Source: Thermoanaerobaculia bacterium
Lineage (GTDB): Bacteria; Acidobacteriota; Thermoanaerobaculia; UBA5066
NCBI GenBank assembly: GCA_036504335.1
Contig: DASXVJ010000023.1
Location: forward strand, 144,389-208,388
DNA length: 64,000 nucleotides
Direction: 5' to 3'
The translations under genes and the position numbers were made by a program. Positions 21,489 through 30,581 of the stretch are shown here, in pieces. Position 1 is the first letter of the stretch. Every line of letters begins with the position of its first letter. The notes under the pieces were generated by a model, which did no database searches, had not been told where the DNA came from, and worked only from the letters and a program-made list of their open reading frames with translations.

Positions 21489-22195
21489 GGCTTCGGAGCG
21501 GGAGCCGGGGCGGTCGGCGCCGGCGCGGGCGCTTCGTCGAGGAGCTCGACCGACAGGAGCTTCTGGGGGTTGCGCGGCTTGCCGAGCGGCGTGTTCGACG
21601 GATCGGGGTCGGAGGCGGATGCGATTCGGTCCACGACGTCCATCCCCTTCACGACCTCGCCAAACGCGGTGTATTGGTGGTCGAGCGACGGGTAGTCCTT
21701 GAGGACGACGAAGAACTGCGACGAACCGGAGTCCGGCGCCGAGGAGCGGGCCATCGAGACGATGCCGCGCTTGTGGACCGTGTCGTTGAACTCCGGTTTC
21801 AGGGTCACCGGGTTTCCCTTCGCGTCCGTCTTTCCCGCGTTGCCCCAGATGAAGGCGTTCTTCGGGTCCTTCGTGAGGGGGTCGCCGCCCTGCACGACGA
21901 AGTCCTTGATCACGCGGTGAAAGAGGGTCCCGTCGTAGAAGCCGGACCCGGCGAGGTCGACGAAATTCTTCACGTGGTTCGGGGCGCGGTCGTTGAAGAA
22001 ACGGACCGTGAAATCGCCCTGCGAGGTGCGGACGAGCGCGAGCGTGTGCGCGTAGTCACGCGCCTTCGCCGCCGCCTTCGACGGTGCCTTCTTCTTCGGC
22101 TTCGCGGGCGCGGCAGGGGCCGCGGCCGCGGACGCCGCCAGGAGGCCCAGGGCGAGGGCCGCCAGAATCCGGTTGCGCTGCGGTCTGCGGGTCAT
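21485..22195 (-). CDS. Cyclophilin-type peptidyl-prolyl cis-trans isomerase, secreted
   Basis: Signal peptide. Motifs FHRVIKDFVVQGGD and SMARSSAPDSGSSQFFV. Confidence 0.9.
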   Translation of the reverse strand: MTRRPQRNRILAALALGLLAASAAAAPAAPAKPKKKAPSKAAAKARDYAHTLALVRTSQGDFTVRFFNDRAPNHVKNFVDLAGSGFYDGTLFHRVIKDFVVQGGDPLTKDPKNAFIWGNAGKTDAKGNPVTLKPEFNDTVHKRGIVSMARSSAPDSGSSQFFVVLKDYPSLDHQYTAFGEVVKGMDVVDRIASASDPDPSNTPLGKPRNPQKLLSVELLDEAPAPAPTAPAPAPKP

Positions 22196-22254
22196 CGGGC
22201 TGCGTCCTCCTCGTGCCGACGCTCCGCCCTTGCAGGCGAGCGCCGGCAGCCCTG

Positions 22255-22863
22255 ATGATAGCCGCGATGCTGGCCCGGACCTTTCTCAGCCTCGTCGAGA
22301 AGGTCACCGAGGACCTGGACGTCGAGAAGCTCCGGGCCGAGGTGCAGTCGTTCTCGGCGAAGCACGCGGACCTCACGACCCGCGAGAAGGGCGAGCGGCT
22401 CGTCGCGGTCGCCGCCCGCCGCGCGGCCGCCTTCGGCGCCGCCGCGAGCCTGCCGCCGGGATGGCTCTCGCTCGCGACCGTCGCGCCCGAGCTCTCGGCG
22501 GTCCTCGTCCTCCAGAGCCGGCTCATCGTGTCGCTCCACCTTCTTTACGGAGGCCCCATGACGCCCGAGGAGCGGGCGCTCGAGGTGCTTGCGGGGCTCG
22601 CGGCGGGGGCCGGGATGAGCGTCGGGCGGCGCCTGACGACGCGCGCGGCCGAAGAGGTCGCCGCGCGCCTCGTCGTCCGTCTCGCCGGACGCGAGCTCGC
22701 TCACGTCGTTCCGGTCCTCGGAGCGCTCGCAGGCGCGGGCCTCAACTACGTGGCCGTACGCGCCGTCGGACGCGCGGCGCTCGCGCGCATCCAGCGCCTG
22801 CACGGTCCGCCCGAGATCCCCGGGAAGGGAGCCGTTCTCGACGTTTCCGGGCGGGTCGAGTAA
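22255..22863 (+). CDS. Hypothetical protein (EcsC/DUF697-like)
   Basis: Coding-like GC3. Start trimmed to MIAAMLARTF; the N-terminal part of the track ORF is junk. Confidence 0.5.
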   Translation: MIAAMLARTFLSLVEKVTEDLDVEKLRAEVQSFSAKHADLTTREKGERLVAVAARRAAAFGAAASLPPGWLSLATVAPELSAVLVLQSRLIVSLHLLYGGPMTPEERALEVLAGLAAGAGMSVGRRLTTRAAEEVAARLVVRLAGRELAHVVPVLGALAGAGLNYVAVRAVGRAALARIQRLHGPPEIPGKGAVLDVSGRVE

Positions 22864-22960
22864 CGTCGCACGCGGCGCGTGTTAAATTCCCCGCTTCACG
22901 GGCCATCCGTTGAGAATGATTCTCCTCGGGGGCGGGGCCGTGTATCTTCGGAGGATCTAC

Positions 22961-24847
22961 ATGCGGAAGGTGGTCTACAGGTCCATTCGCGGTGCGGCCA
23001 ACACCGCCTGGAACGTGTTCCAGGCCGTGAACCGCCGCGTGCCCGCGCGTTCCTTCCAGCCCTCCTGGTCGCCCGAGCCGCTCCCGAAGAGCCACGAGCG
23101 CACAAAGCCGCCTCTCGGGTTCCCGCGCCGCACGGACTCCCTCTGCCCGACCTGCACCCGGGAGGTCCGCGATGCGATCGTGGGCGGCACGCGTGAGCTC
23201 TCGGAGCTCATCGACGGTCGCCCCGGCGAGATCCCGGCCGACATCGTCCAGCGCGGCAACGAGATCTGGATGGTCAAGACGTGCCCGAAGCACGGCACGT
23301 TCGAGGACCTCATGGCGAGCGACGCGCGCTTCTTCGCACGCCTCGAAGAGAACTTCTTCGGCCGCGACGTGAGGATCGCGAAGGACAAGCTCCACGACCA
23401 CGGCTCCTCCTCGATGCGCTACGGCCGCGGCGCGGTCCTCACGGTGGACCTCACGAACCGCTGCAACATGATGTGCAACCCGTGCTTCATGGACGCCAAC
23501 CAGGTCGGCTACGTGCACGAGCTCGGGTGGGACGACGTCAAGGAGATCCTCGACAACGCCGTCTCGATCAAGCCGCAGCGCCAGATGTCCGTGCAGTTCT
23601 CGGGCGGCGAGCCCACGATCTCGCCGTTCTTCATCGAGGCCACGCGCTACGCCCGCGAGATCGGCTACTTCTCGGTCCAGTGTGCGACGAACGGAATTCG
23701 CTTCGCGCAGGAGCCGGAATTCGCGAAGGCCGCGTACGACGCGGGGCTCCGGCTCGCGTACCTCCAGTTCGACGGCGTCGGAGACGAGGCCAACGAGCAC
23801 CGCGGCGTCGGGAACCTCTACGACGTGAAGCTCCGGGCGCTCGCCAACCTCCACGCGGCGGGGATCGACGTCACGCTCGTCACGACGATCGTGAACGGCG
23901 TCAACGACGACCAGGTCGGCCCGACCCTGAAGTTCGCGATCGAGAACATCGACAAGATCAACGCCCTCTCGTTCCAGCCCGTGTCCTTCACGGGCCGCGA
24001 CGAGGAGATCGACGACGAAACGCGCACGAAGCAGCGCTATACGCTCGCCCATCTCGCGCACGACGTGAAGGACCAGGCCGGCATCGGCGAGCCGATGCGC
24101 GACTGGTTCCCGCTGTCGGCCTCGGGCCCGTTCTCGGACCTGAAAGACCTCCTCGGCGGCCTCGAGGCGCAGTGGGGCTCGCTCAAGTGCGGCTGCCACC
24201 CGAACTGCGGGATCGCGACGATGATGCTCGTGCGCCCGGACACGGGACAGGCCGTGCCCCTGACCCAGATCGTCGACGCGGACCGCCTGCTGCGCGACCT
24301 CACCGTCGTCACGGACGCCGCGCGCGGAAAGTTCCTGACGGTCCTCCAGACGGCGCTCGCTCTCGCGCGCAACATCCGTCCCGAGGGCGTTCCCCACAAC
24401 CTCGGCGTCTGGGAGACGCTCAAGGTCATGGACGGCCACACGGGCAAGGGCATGGGGATCGCGAAACAGGGCCGCTATCCGTGGCGCGTCCTCCTCGTGG
24501 CCGGGATGTGGTTCCAGGACCTCTTCAACTACGACTTCCGGCGGACGGAGATGTGCATCATTCCGTACGGAACGCAGCTCGGCGAGATCTCGTTCTGCGC
24601 GTACAACACCGGCGCGGGATGGCGGAAGATCGTCGAGGAGATGCACCAGAGCGCGACGCTCTCCGAGTGGTACAAGGACAAGGGCCGCCACCCCGTGTAC
24701 GCGCACGGCAAGCGCGTGCCGCTGCCCGCGTTCAACCCGGGGGCGCGCCCGTCGACGCTGCCGGTCTACGAGCCCGCGGCCGCCCGCACGGGCGACCTCC
24801 CGGCCGCCGCGATGCTTCCGAGCTTCGGCGCCGCTTCCGGGAAATAG
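22961..24847 (+). CDS. Radical SAM enzyme with N-terminal Zn-ribbon and C-terminal Cys/His-rich extension (function unknown)
   Basis: CNMMCNPC is a Cx3Cx2C motif in LTVDLTNRCNMMCNPCF. N-terminal CPTC...CPKHG treble-clef. C-terminal CGCHPNCG. GGAGGA Shine-Dalgarno 6 nt upstream of ATG 22961. Confidence 0.8.
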   Translation: MRKVVYRSIRGAANTAWNVFQAVNRRVPARSFQPSWSPEPLPKSHERTKPPLGFPRRTDSLCPTCTREVRDAIVGGTRELSELIDGRPGEIPADIVQRGNEIWMVKTCPKHGTFEDLMASDARFFARLEENFFGRDVRIAKDKLHDHGSSSMRYGRGAVLTVDLTNRCNMMCNPCFMDANQVGYVHELGWDDVKEILDNAVSIKPQRQMSVQFSGGEPTISPFFIEATRYAREIGYFSVQCATNGIRFAQEPEFAKAAYDAGLRLAYLQFDGVGDEANEHRGVGNLYDVKLRALANLHAAGIDVTLVTTIVNGVNDDQVGPTLKFAIENIDKINALSFQPVSFTGRDEEIDDETRTKQRYTLAHLAHDVKDQAGIGEPMRDWFPLSASGPFSDLKDLLGGLEAQWGSLKCGCHPNCGIATMMLVRPDTGQAVPLTQIVDADRLLRDLTVVTDAARGKFLTVLQTALALARNIRPEGVPHNLGVWETLKVMDGHTGKGMGIAKQGRYPWRVLLVAGMWFQDLFNYDFRRTEMCIIPYGTQLGEISFCAYNTGAGWRKIVEEMHQSATLSEWYKDKGRHPVYAHGKRVPLPAFNPGARPSTLPVYEPAAARTGDLPAAAMLPSFGAASGK

Positions 24848-24856
24848 CGCCCGGCC

Positions 24857-25642
24857 TCAGGGCGCGCGGAGAGCCGCCTCGGCGAGCGACGCGAGGCCTG
24901 CGGCCGCCTCGTCCGGCTGCTCGAGCGGAACCATGTGGCCGGCGCCCGGCACGGTCAGGAGCCTCACCCACGGCGCGTGCGCCGCGACGGCCGTCATGGC
25001 CTCCGAGTCGGCGGGCGGGGCGATCGCGTCCTCCTCGCCGACGGCGACGAGGAGAGGCCGGTCCCACGCGGAGAGAACCTCGAAGCCCTCGTCGCGCACG
25101 GCGAGGCCCGCAAGGTCGGCCATGGCCGTTTCGGGCGGCGTCGCGAGAACCATCCGAGTCACGAGGTCCTCGGCCGGCGTTCCCTTCGAGCCGTGGGCGA
25201 GGAGCTTCGGAAGCATCGCGGAGAGCACCGCCTCGATGCCGTCCTTGCGGATGGCCTCGATGGCCGCCTTCCGGCCCGCGCGTCCCGCGGTGTCGTCGGC
25301 GGAGGCCTTCGTGTCGAAGAGAGCGAGGCCACGGAGGCGGCCCTGAAAGCGCGCGCCGTGTCGCTTGATGAGCTCGAAGCAGACGTAGCCGCCCATCGAG
25401 AGCCCCGCGAGGAGGAAGGGCGCGTCGGCCGGCAGCGCCGCTCCGAGGTCGCGCGCGACGTCGTCCGCGAGGAGCGACATCGCGTGCGTGGCGGCGGCGG
25501 GATGCGGCGACCGCCCGCGCCCGCGCAGGTCCGGGGCGAAGACGGACGTGATCGGGCCGAGCCGGCCGTCCGCGGCCCGTTCGGCGAGCGGGTTCCACAT
25601 GCGCCGGTCGAGGGGGTAGCCGTGGAGCGCGACGAGGTGCAT
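24857..25642 (-). CDS. Alpha/beta hydrolase
   Basis: Nucleophile elbow GLSMGG; HGYP oxyanion region. Confidence 0.75.
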   Translation of the reverse strand: MHLVALHGYPLDRRMWNPLAERAADGRLGPITSVFAPDLRGRGRSPHPAAATHAMSLLADDVARDLGAALPADAPFLLAGLSMGGYVCFELIKRHGARFQGRLRGLALFDTKASADDTAGRAGRKAAIEAIRKDGIEAVLSAMLPKLLAHGSKGTPAEDLVTRMVLATPPETAMADLAGLAVRDEGFEVLSAWDRPLLVAVGEEDAIAPPADSEAMTAVAAHAPWVRLLTVPGAGHMVPLEQPDEAAAGLASLAEAALRAP

Positions 25643-25652
25643 GGCGGCCATC

Positions 25653-27110
25653 TTAGCGGCCGGCGGCGGGCACGACCCGCCACTCCGCGTCGCCGGCGTT
25701 TCCGGCCGGCCGTGTCCTCTCCTTCACGAAGGCGTAAACGGCCGTCTCGCGAATACGCTCGACGTCGGCGATCGGCTCACGGAAGAGGATCGGCAGGCCT
25801 GGGCTCGCCGCGAGAGCGTCCACGAGCCGCTCGTTGCCGCGGTCGCGCCTCAGGCAGTACCAGAAGGACGGGTTCACGTAGAAGCGGCCGGGTGCGCCCG
25901 TGCCGGTGAGAGGGTAGAGGTTCTGCAGCGCGCCGTGGACGAGAAGCGTGCCTCCGGCGGGAACGCGCTCTCTCACGAGCGCCGCGGCGGCCCGGCTCGC
26001 CGAGTCGTCCCAGTAGAAGACGGGCCCACCGGCCCGGTCGAGGAGCAACGGCCCCGCGCCGAGCGCGGCGACGGCGAGGAAGACGGCACACGCTGCGGCG
26101 CCGCCGGCGGCCCCGAAAAGGCGAAGAGGTCCGCCCCGGCCTTTCCGGAGCCGGCGGAAGACGACGGGCAGAACGAGGGCGAGCCGGGCGGCCGCGAGCG
26201 CGCCGAGCCCCGTCAGGGCCGCGAGGTGCAGGAGGCCGGGACGCGGCCAGGCCATCCCGACTGCGCCGAGCGCGACCGCCGCGAGCGGCGAGCGCAGACG
26301 GCGCGCCGGCAGCGCCGCGGCAGAGAGGCCGAGCGCGGCGAACGGCACGAAGAGCACGAGCGCCTCGTGCGCGTCCGCCCCGGTGAGCCGGACGGCGATC
26401 TCCCGCGACATCCCGGAGAAGACGGGGTAGATCAGCGTCCAGGCGAGGTGCCGAGTCGTCCGGAACGCAAGGGCCCACGAGAGCGCGAAGCCGAGGTAGG
26501 GAAGAGCGGCCGCTGCGCCGAAGAGAAGCGCGGCGCGCCGCCGGCCGCGCAGAGCGACCCACAGGAGCGCGGCGAGCGCCGCCCACGCCGAGGTCTGTTT
26601 GACGAGGATCCCGGCGCCGAAGACGAGGCCCGCGGCCGCGACGTCGCCGAGCGCACCGGTGCGTTCGTGGCGCTCCAGGAGGAGGACGCCCGCGAGAAGG
26701 AGGGGCGCGAGGAACGGCTCGGGCCAGATCGCGGGACCTTCCGCGTAGACGGTCAGGAGCGCGAGGACGGGGACGCCGAGCGCGAGCGCGGCCCGCGGGC
26801 CCGATCGTGCTCGGCGGTGCGGGCGCGTGCCGAGCACGACGAGGCCGCCCGCCGCCGCCAGCGAGAGGGCCGGGATCGCGCGCAGGACGTTCGGGGTGAA
26901 GCCGAACAGGGCGCCGGCGGCGGCCGTCAGGAGAATCAGGAGAGGCGTGTGCGGAAAGAGGATCCCGTCATAGAGCCTGACGCCGCGCGTCACGAACCAC
27001 GCGGGCGTGACGATCTCCGGCCAGGCCGTGACCGACACGACGAACGGGAGCGCACCCGCGAGAAGGGCCGCGAGCGCGGCGATCGGGGCGGCCGCGCGCG
27101 CCCCTCTCAC
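25653..27110 (-). CDS. Polytopic membrane protein, GT-C-like glycosyltransferase/DUF2029-like
   Basis: Roughly 12 predicted TM helices. GTG start overlaps the stop of the upstream gene (GTGA). Confidence 0.6.
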   Translation of the reverse strand: MRGARAAAPIAALAALLAGALPFVVSVTAWPEIVTPAWFVTRGVRLYDGILFPHTPLLILLTAAAGALFGFTPNVLRAIPALSLAAAGGLVVLGTRPHRRARSGPRAALALGVPVLALLTVYAEGPAIWPEPFLAPLLLAGVLLLERHERTGALGDVAAAGLVFGAGILVKQTSAWAALAALLWVALRGRRRAALLFGAAAALPYLGFALSWALAFRTTRHLAWTLIYPVFSGMSREIAVRLTGADAHEALVLFVPFAALGLSAAALPARRLRSPLAAVALGAVGMAWPRPGLLHLAALTGLGALAAARLALVLPVVFRRLRKGRGGPLRLFGAAGGAAACAVFLAVAALGAGPLLLDRAGGPVFYWDDSASRAAAALVRERVPAGGTLLVHGALQNLYPLTGTGAPGRFYVNPSFWYCLRRDRGNERLVDALAASPGLPILFREPIADVERIRETAVYAFVKERTRPAGNAGDAEWRVVPAAGR

Positions 27111-27484
27111 TCGGGCCGGTACGTCACGCTGTTGCGCGGGCCCTCCCAGACCGTGACCTCTTCGAGCCGCGCGCCGTCCCCGAGGAGCGCCGCCTTCCCG
27201 ATCTCGTCCGCGACCCAGAGCGCGACGTTCTCGGCGCTCGCATTCCTGCGGTCGAACGGCGGCACGGTGTTGAGGTCGCGGTTGTGGAGGCGCGAGGCGA
27301 GCTCTCTGACGAACGCTTCCGTCGGCACGAAGTCGACGGCGAGGCCGTACGGGCCGAGGCGATCGACCGAGAGCGCGACCTCGATCTTCCAGGAGTGGCC
27401 GTGCACGGGCTCGGGGCCGCCGACGTAATCCACGAGATGGTGCGCGGCCTCGAAAGTCGCGTGGCAGCGGACGGTCCAGCGCAT
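27107..27484 (-). CDS. 6-pyruvoyl-tetrahydropterin synthase family protein (QueD-like, catalytic Cys not conserved)
   Basis: FEAAHHL...PVHGHSWKIEV is the PTPS Zn-binding HGH motif. The Cys normally 4 residues before HGH is Pro (GGPEPVHGH). Confidence 0.75.
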   Translation of the reverse strand: MRWTVRCHATFEAAHHLVDYVGGPEPVHGHSWKIEVALSVDRLGPYGLAVDFVPTEAFVRELASRLHNRDLNTVPPFDRRNASAENVALWVADEIGKAALLGDGARLEEVTVWEGPRNSVTYRPE

Positions 27485-27518
27485 GGCCGCCAGTCTACGA
27501 CGCGTGGAACGGCCGCGC

Positions 27519-29174
27519 TCAAACGGTTTCGAGGTAGCGGTGCACGACGCCGACGGCGCCGGAGCCCTCGCCGACGGCCGCGGCGACTCTCTTGCCCGAG
27601 CCCGCGCGCACGTCGCCGGCGGCGAACACTCCCGGAACGCTCGACTCGAAGAGGAACGGGTCCCTCTCGAGCGTCCAGCCGCGGGGCCGCCGGCCCAGGG
27701 GCGTCAGATCGGGCCCGGTCACGACGAAGCCCGCCTCGTCGATCTCGAGGAACCCGGCGACCATCTCGGTCTGCGGCCTTGCACCGATGAAGATGAACAT
27801 CGCCGCCGCGTCGAGCTCGCGCTCGTCCCCCCCGGCGAGGCGGCGGACGACGATCTTCTCGAGCCGGCCGTCGCCCCGAACTGCGCTCACTTCGACGCCC
27901 GGCACGACGTCGATGTTCGGCGTCGCCTCGATCCGGTCGATCAGGTAGCGGGACATCGACTTGGCGAGGGAGTCCGCGCGGACGAGCATCGTGACGCGGC
28001 GCGCGTAGCGGGAGAAGAAGAGGGCTCCCTGGCCGGCCGAGTTCCCCGCGCCGACGACGCACACGTCCCGGCCACGATAGGTCGCGGCCTCGGTCATCGC
28101 CGCACCGTAGTAGACGCCGATCCCGAGGAGCGCCTCGGAGCCGGACGTCTCCAGCTTCCGCACGGCGACGCCTGTGGCCAGGACGACGGCGTAGCAGCTC
28201 ACGTCGGTCCCGTCGGCGAGCCGGGCGACGCGATACGGGTCCTCGCGGCGCAGGCTGACGACCTCCTGGGCGATCACCTCGGCGCCGAAGCGCCGCGCCT
28301 GGGTCGTGGCGCGGCGGGCGAGGTCGGCCCCGGATACGCCCGACGGGAAGCCGAGGTAGTTCTCGATCCTCGAGCTGGTGCCGGCCTGGCCGCCGGGCGC
28401 GCTCTGCTCGACGAGGGCCGTGCGCAGCCCCTCCGACGCTCCGTAGACCGCCGCGGCGAGGCCCGCCGGGCCTCCGCCGACGATCAGCAGGTCGTAGAAA
28501 GGCAGGCGCGCCTTCGTCTGCATCCCGGTCTTCTCCGCGAGCTCGCGGCTCGTCGGAGCGGCCAGGAACGTGCCGTCCGGGAAGAGGACGACGGGGAGCT
28601 TCGTCTCGGCGCCGAACGAGCGGATCAGCTCCCGGGTCGACGGGTCCTGGTCGACGTCGATCCACTGGTAGGGGATCTGGTTGCTCGACAGGAATTCCTT
28701 CACCGCGAAGCTGCGAGGCGACGACTGCGCGCCCGCGACCCGGATCCCTTCGTAGGGAAGGCGCACGTGCGCCGTCCAGTCGGACAGCAGGTCGTCGAGG
28801 ACCGGGTAGAGCCGCTCGGCGGGAGGGTCCCAGGGCTTCAGCAGGTAGTGATCCAGTCCGACGTCGTTGATGCCGGAGATCGCGGCCTGCGTGTCCGCGT
28901 ACGCCGTGAGGAGGACCCGGCGCGACTCGGGGTGAAGCTTGATCGCCTCGCGCAGGAATTCCGTGCCCGACATCATCGGCATCCGCTCGTCGGCGAGGAA
29001 GAGCGCGACCGGAGTTCCGCGCTGCTTGAGCTGGCGGGCGGCCTCGAGCGCTTCGCCCCCGGACACGGCCTTCAGGATGCGGTAGTCGCTCCGGTAGTGC
29101 TGCTTGAGGTCGCGCTCAATGGCGCCGAGCACCTCGGGGTCGTCGTCGACCGTCAGGATCACCGGTTTGGCCAT
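27519..29174 (-). CDS. Response regulator: REC domain fused to a Cys-less glutaredoxin-like linker and a thioredoxin-reductase-like FAD/NAD(P) oxidoreductase lacking the CxxC
   Basis: N-terminal REC (ILTVDDDPEVL...FLADERMPMMSG...LKP). Then GGGPAGLAAAVY (FAD GxGxxG) and VVGAGNSA (NAD). The TrxR CATC position reads YYGAAMTEAA. Confidence 0.8.
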   Translation of the reverse strand: MAKPVILTVDDDPEVLGAIERDLKQHYRSDYRILKAVSGGEALEAARQLKQRGTPVALFLADERMPMMSGTEFLREAIKLHPESRRVLLTAYADTQAAISGINDVGLDHYLLKPWDPPAERLYPVLDDLLSDWTAHVRLPYEGIRVAGAQSSPRSFAVKEFLSSNQIPYQWIDVDQDPSTRELIRSFGAETKLPVVLFPDGTFLAAPTSRELAEKTGMQTKARLPFYDLLIVGGGPAGLAAAVYGASEGLRTALVEQSAPGGQAGTSSRIENYLGFPSGVSGADLARRATTQARRFGAEVIAQEVVSLRREDPYRVARLADGTDVSCYAVVLATGVAVRKLETSGSEALLGIGVYYGAAMTEAATYRGRDVCVVGAGNSAGQGALFFSRYARRVTMLVRADSLAKSMSRYLIDRIEATPNIDVVPGVEVSAVRGDGRLEKIVVRRLAGGDERELDAAAMFIFIGARPQTEMVAGFLEIDEAGFVVTGPDLTPLGRRPRGWTLERDPFLFESSVPGVFAAGDVRAGSGKRVAAAVGEGSGAVGVVHRYLETV

Positions 29175-29177
29175 CCC

Positions 29178-30572
29178 TCAGCCCTTTCCTGCGTCGAGAG
29201 GGAGCGTCACGCGGAACTCGGTGCTCCCGGGGCGCGAGTCGGCCTCGATCTCTCCCTGGTGTTTGCGGACGATGCGCCGCGCGATGTCGAGGCCGAGGCC
29301 GGTGCCCTGGCCGACCGGCTTCGTCGTGAAGAACGGATCGAAGATGCGCTCCCGGATCTCCGGGGGCAATCCAGGCCCGTCGTCGACGACGCGCACGACG
29401 ACGGACGGGCCCTGGCGCGCCGCCGAGACGTCGACGCGGCCCTTGGCCGCGTCGAGCGCGTTGTCGACGAGATTCGCCCACACCTGGTTGAGCTCGCCCC
29501 CGAATCCCGGGATGCGCGGGAGGTCGGCCGGGGCGTCGAGGCTCACGCTCACGGACTTGCCGCGGGCCTTCGCGTTCAGCACGGCGAGCGTGTCGGCCAG
29601 CCCCTGGCGGACGTCCACCGGTTTGGGCATGGTGGCCTGGTCCATGTACGTGAAGCCCTTCACCGCCGCGACGAGATTGTGGATCTTCGTCGCGGAGGCC
29701 TCGATCTCGGACGCCAGCCGGTACGTCCCGCAGCCGGCCACGAGCCAGGGGAGGGTCGCCCGGAGAGCCTCGGCGTCGAGCGCCCCGGCGAGCTCGTCGA
29801 GGGATTCGAGAGTGACCGCGGACTCCGCGAGCGCCTCGGCGGCGGTGACGTCGGCGCCGTGACGCGAGAGCCAGCCGGCGAGGGCGTCTTCACGATCCGC
29901 CTGCTCGATGGGAGAGCGCCCGAACGTCGCGCCGGCCGCGAGCTGGCAGAGATTGCGCGCCCGGTCCACCGAGGCCCGCTGGGCCTCGGTGAGGCGGGCG
30001 GCGCCGAGCGCGCGGGACGCCGTTTCGAGCTCCGACAGCCCGAGCCGGAGTCCCTTGGCGCTCCGGGCGACCGCCGACGCCGGGTTATTCAGCTCGTGCG
30101 CGAGCCCCGCCGCCAGCTTGCCGAGGGAGGACATCCTTTCTTCGTGAAGGTCGCTCGACGTGAACTGGCGGGCGCGGTCGACCATGACGTGCACGAAGAT
30201 CGCGGTGAGGTCGTAGCAGTCGCGAATCAGCTCGGGGATCTCCTTGCGCGGGATCACGAGGATTTCCGTCGGCGCCTCGGCCTTCACGTCGCCCGGCGAC
30301 CCGGCGAGACGCGAGTACGGCAGGACGCCGCTCACGTCACCGCCGCGCCACTCCATGACCTTGTGGGGCCCGGCGCCCCGGTCGACGTAAATCGACAGGT
30401 GGCCCGAGAGGATGATGTAGAGACCCAGCACCGCATTGCCCTTGGCCGAGAGGACGTCTCCGGTCTCCAGCTTGACGAGGTGGCCGCGGGCGGCGAGCCA
30501 GGCGAGCTGGTCGGAAGGGGCGCCGGCGAGCAGCCGGTGCGCGGACAGACGATCGAGGATCGAACTCTCCAT
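29178..30572 (-). CDS. Cytoplasmic sensor histidine kinase with N-terminal cyclic-nucleotide-binding (CAP-like) domain
   Basis: H-box GLAHELNNP, N-box NLVDNALDA, G1 VVDDGPGLP, G2 GTGLGLDI. N-terminal roughly 120 aa has a cNMP-binding fold. No TM segment. Confidence 0.85.
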   Translation of the reverse strand: MESSILDRLSAHRLLAGAPSDQLAWLAARGHLVKLETGDVLSAKGNAVLGLYIILSGHLSIYVDRGAGPHKVMEWRGGDVSGVLPYSRLAGSPGDVKAEAPTEILVIPRKEIPELIRDCYDLTAIFVHVMVDRARQFTSSDLHEERMSSLGKLAAGLAHELNNPASAVARSAKGLRLGLSELETASRALGAARLTEAQRASVDRARNLCQLAAGATFGRSPIEQADREDALAGWLSRHGADVTAAEALAESAVTLESLDELAGALDAEALRATLPWLVAGCGTYRLASEIEASATKIHNLVAAVKGFTYMDQATMPKPVDVRQGLADTLAVLNAKARGKSVSVSLDAPADLPRIPGFGGELNQVWANLVDNALDAAKGRVDVSAARQGPSVVVRVVDDGPGLPPEIRERIFDPFFTTKPVGQGTGLGLDIARRIVRKHQGEIEADSRPGSTEFRVTLPLDAGKG

Positions 30573-30581
30573 GGTGAGAGT

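Noticed and set aside
22864-22960. Promoter upstream of the Zn-ribbon radical-SAM gene
   Set aside because: TTGAGA and TATCTT-like hexamers are 27 nt apart, and no combination with acceptable spacing was found. Only the GGAGGA Shine-Dalgarno is convincing.
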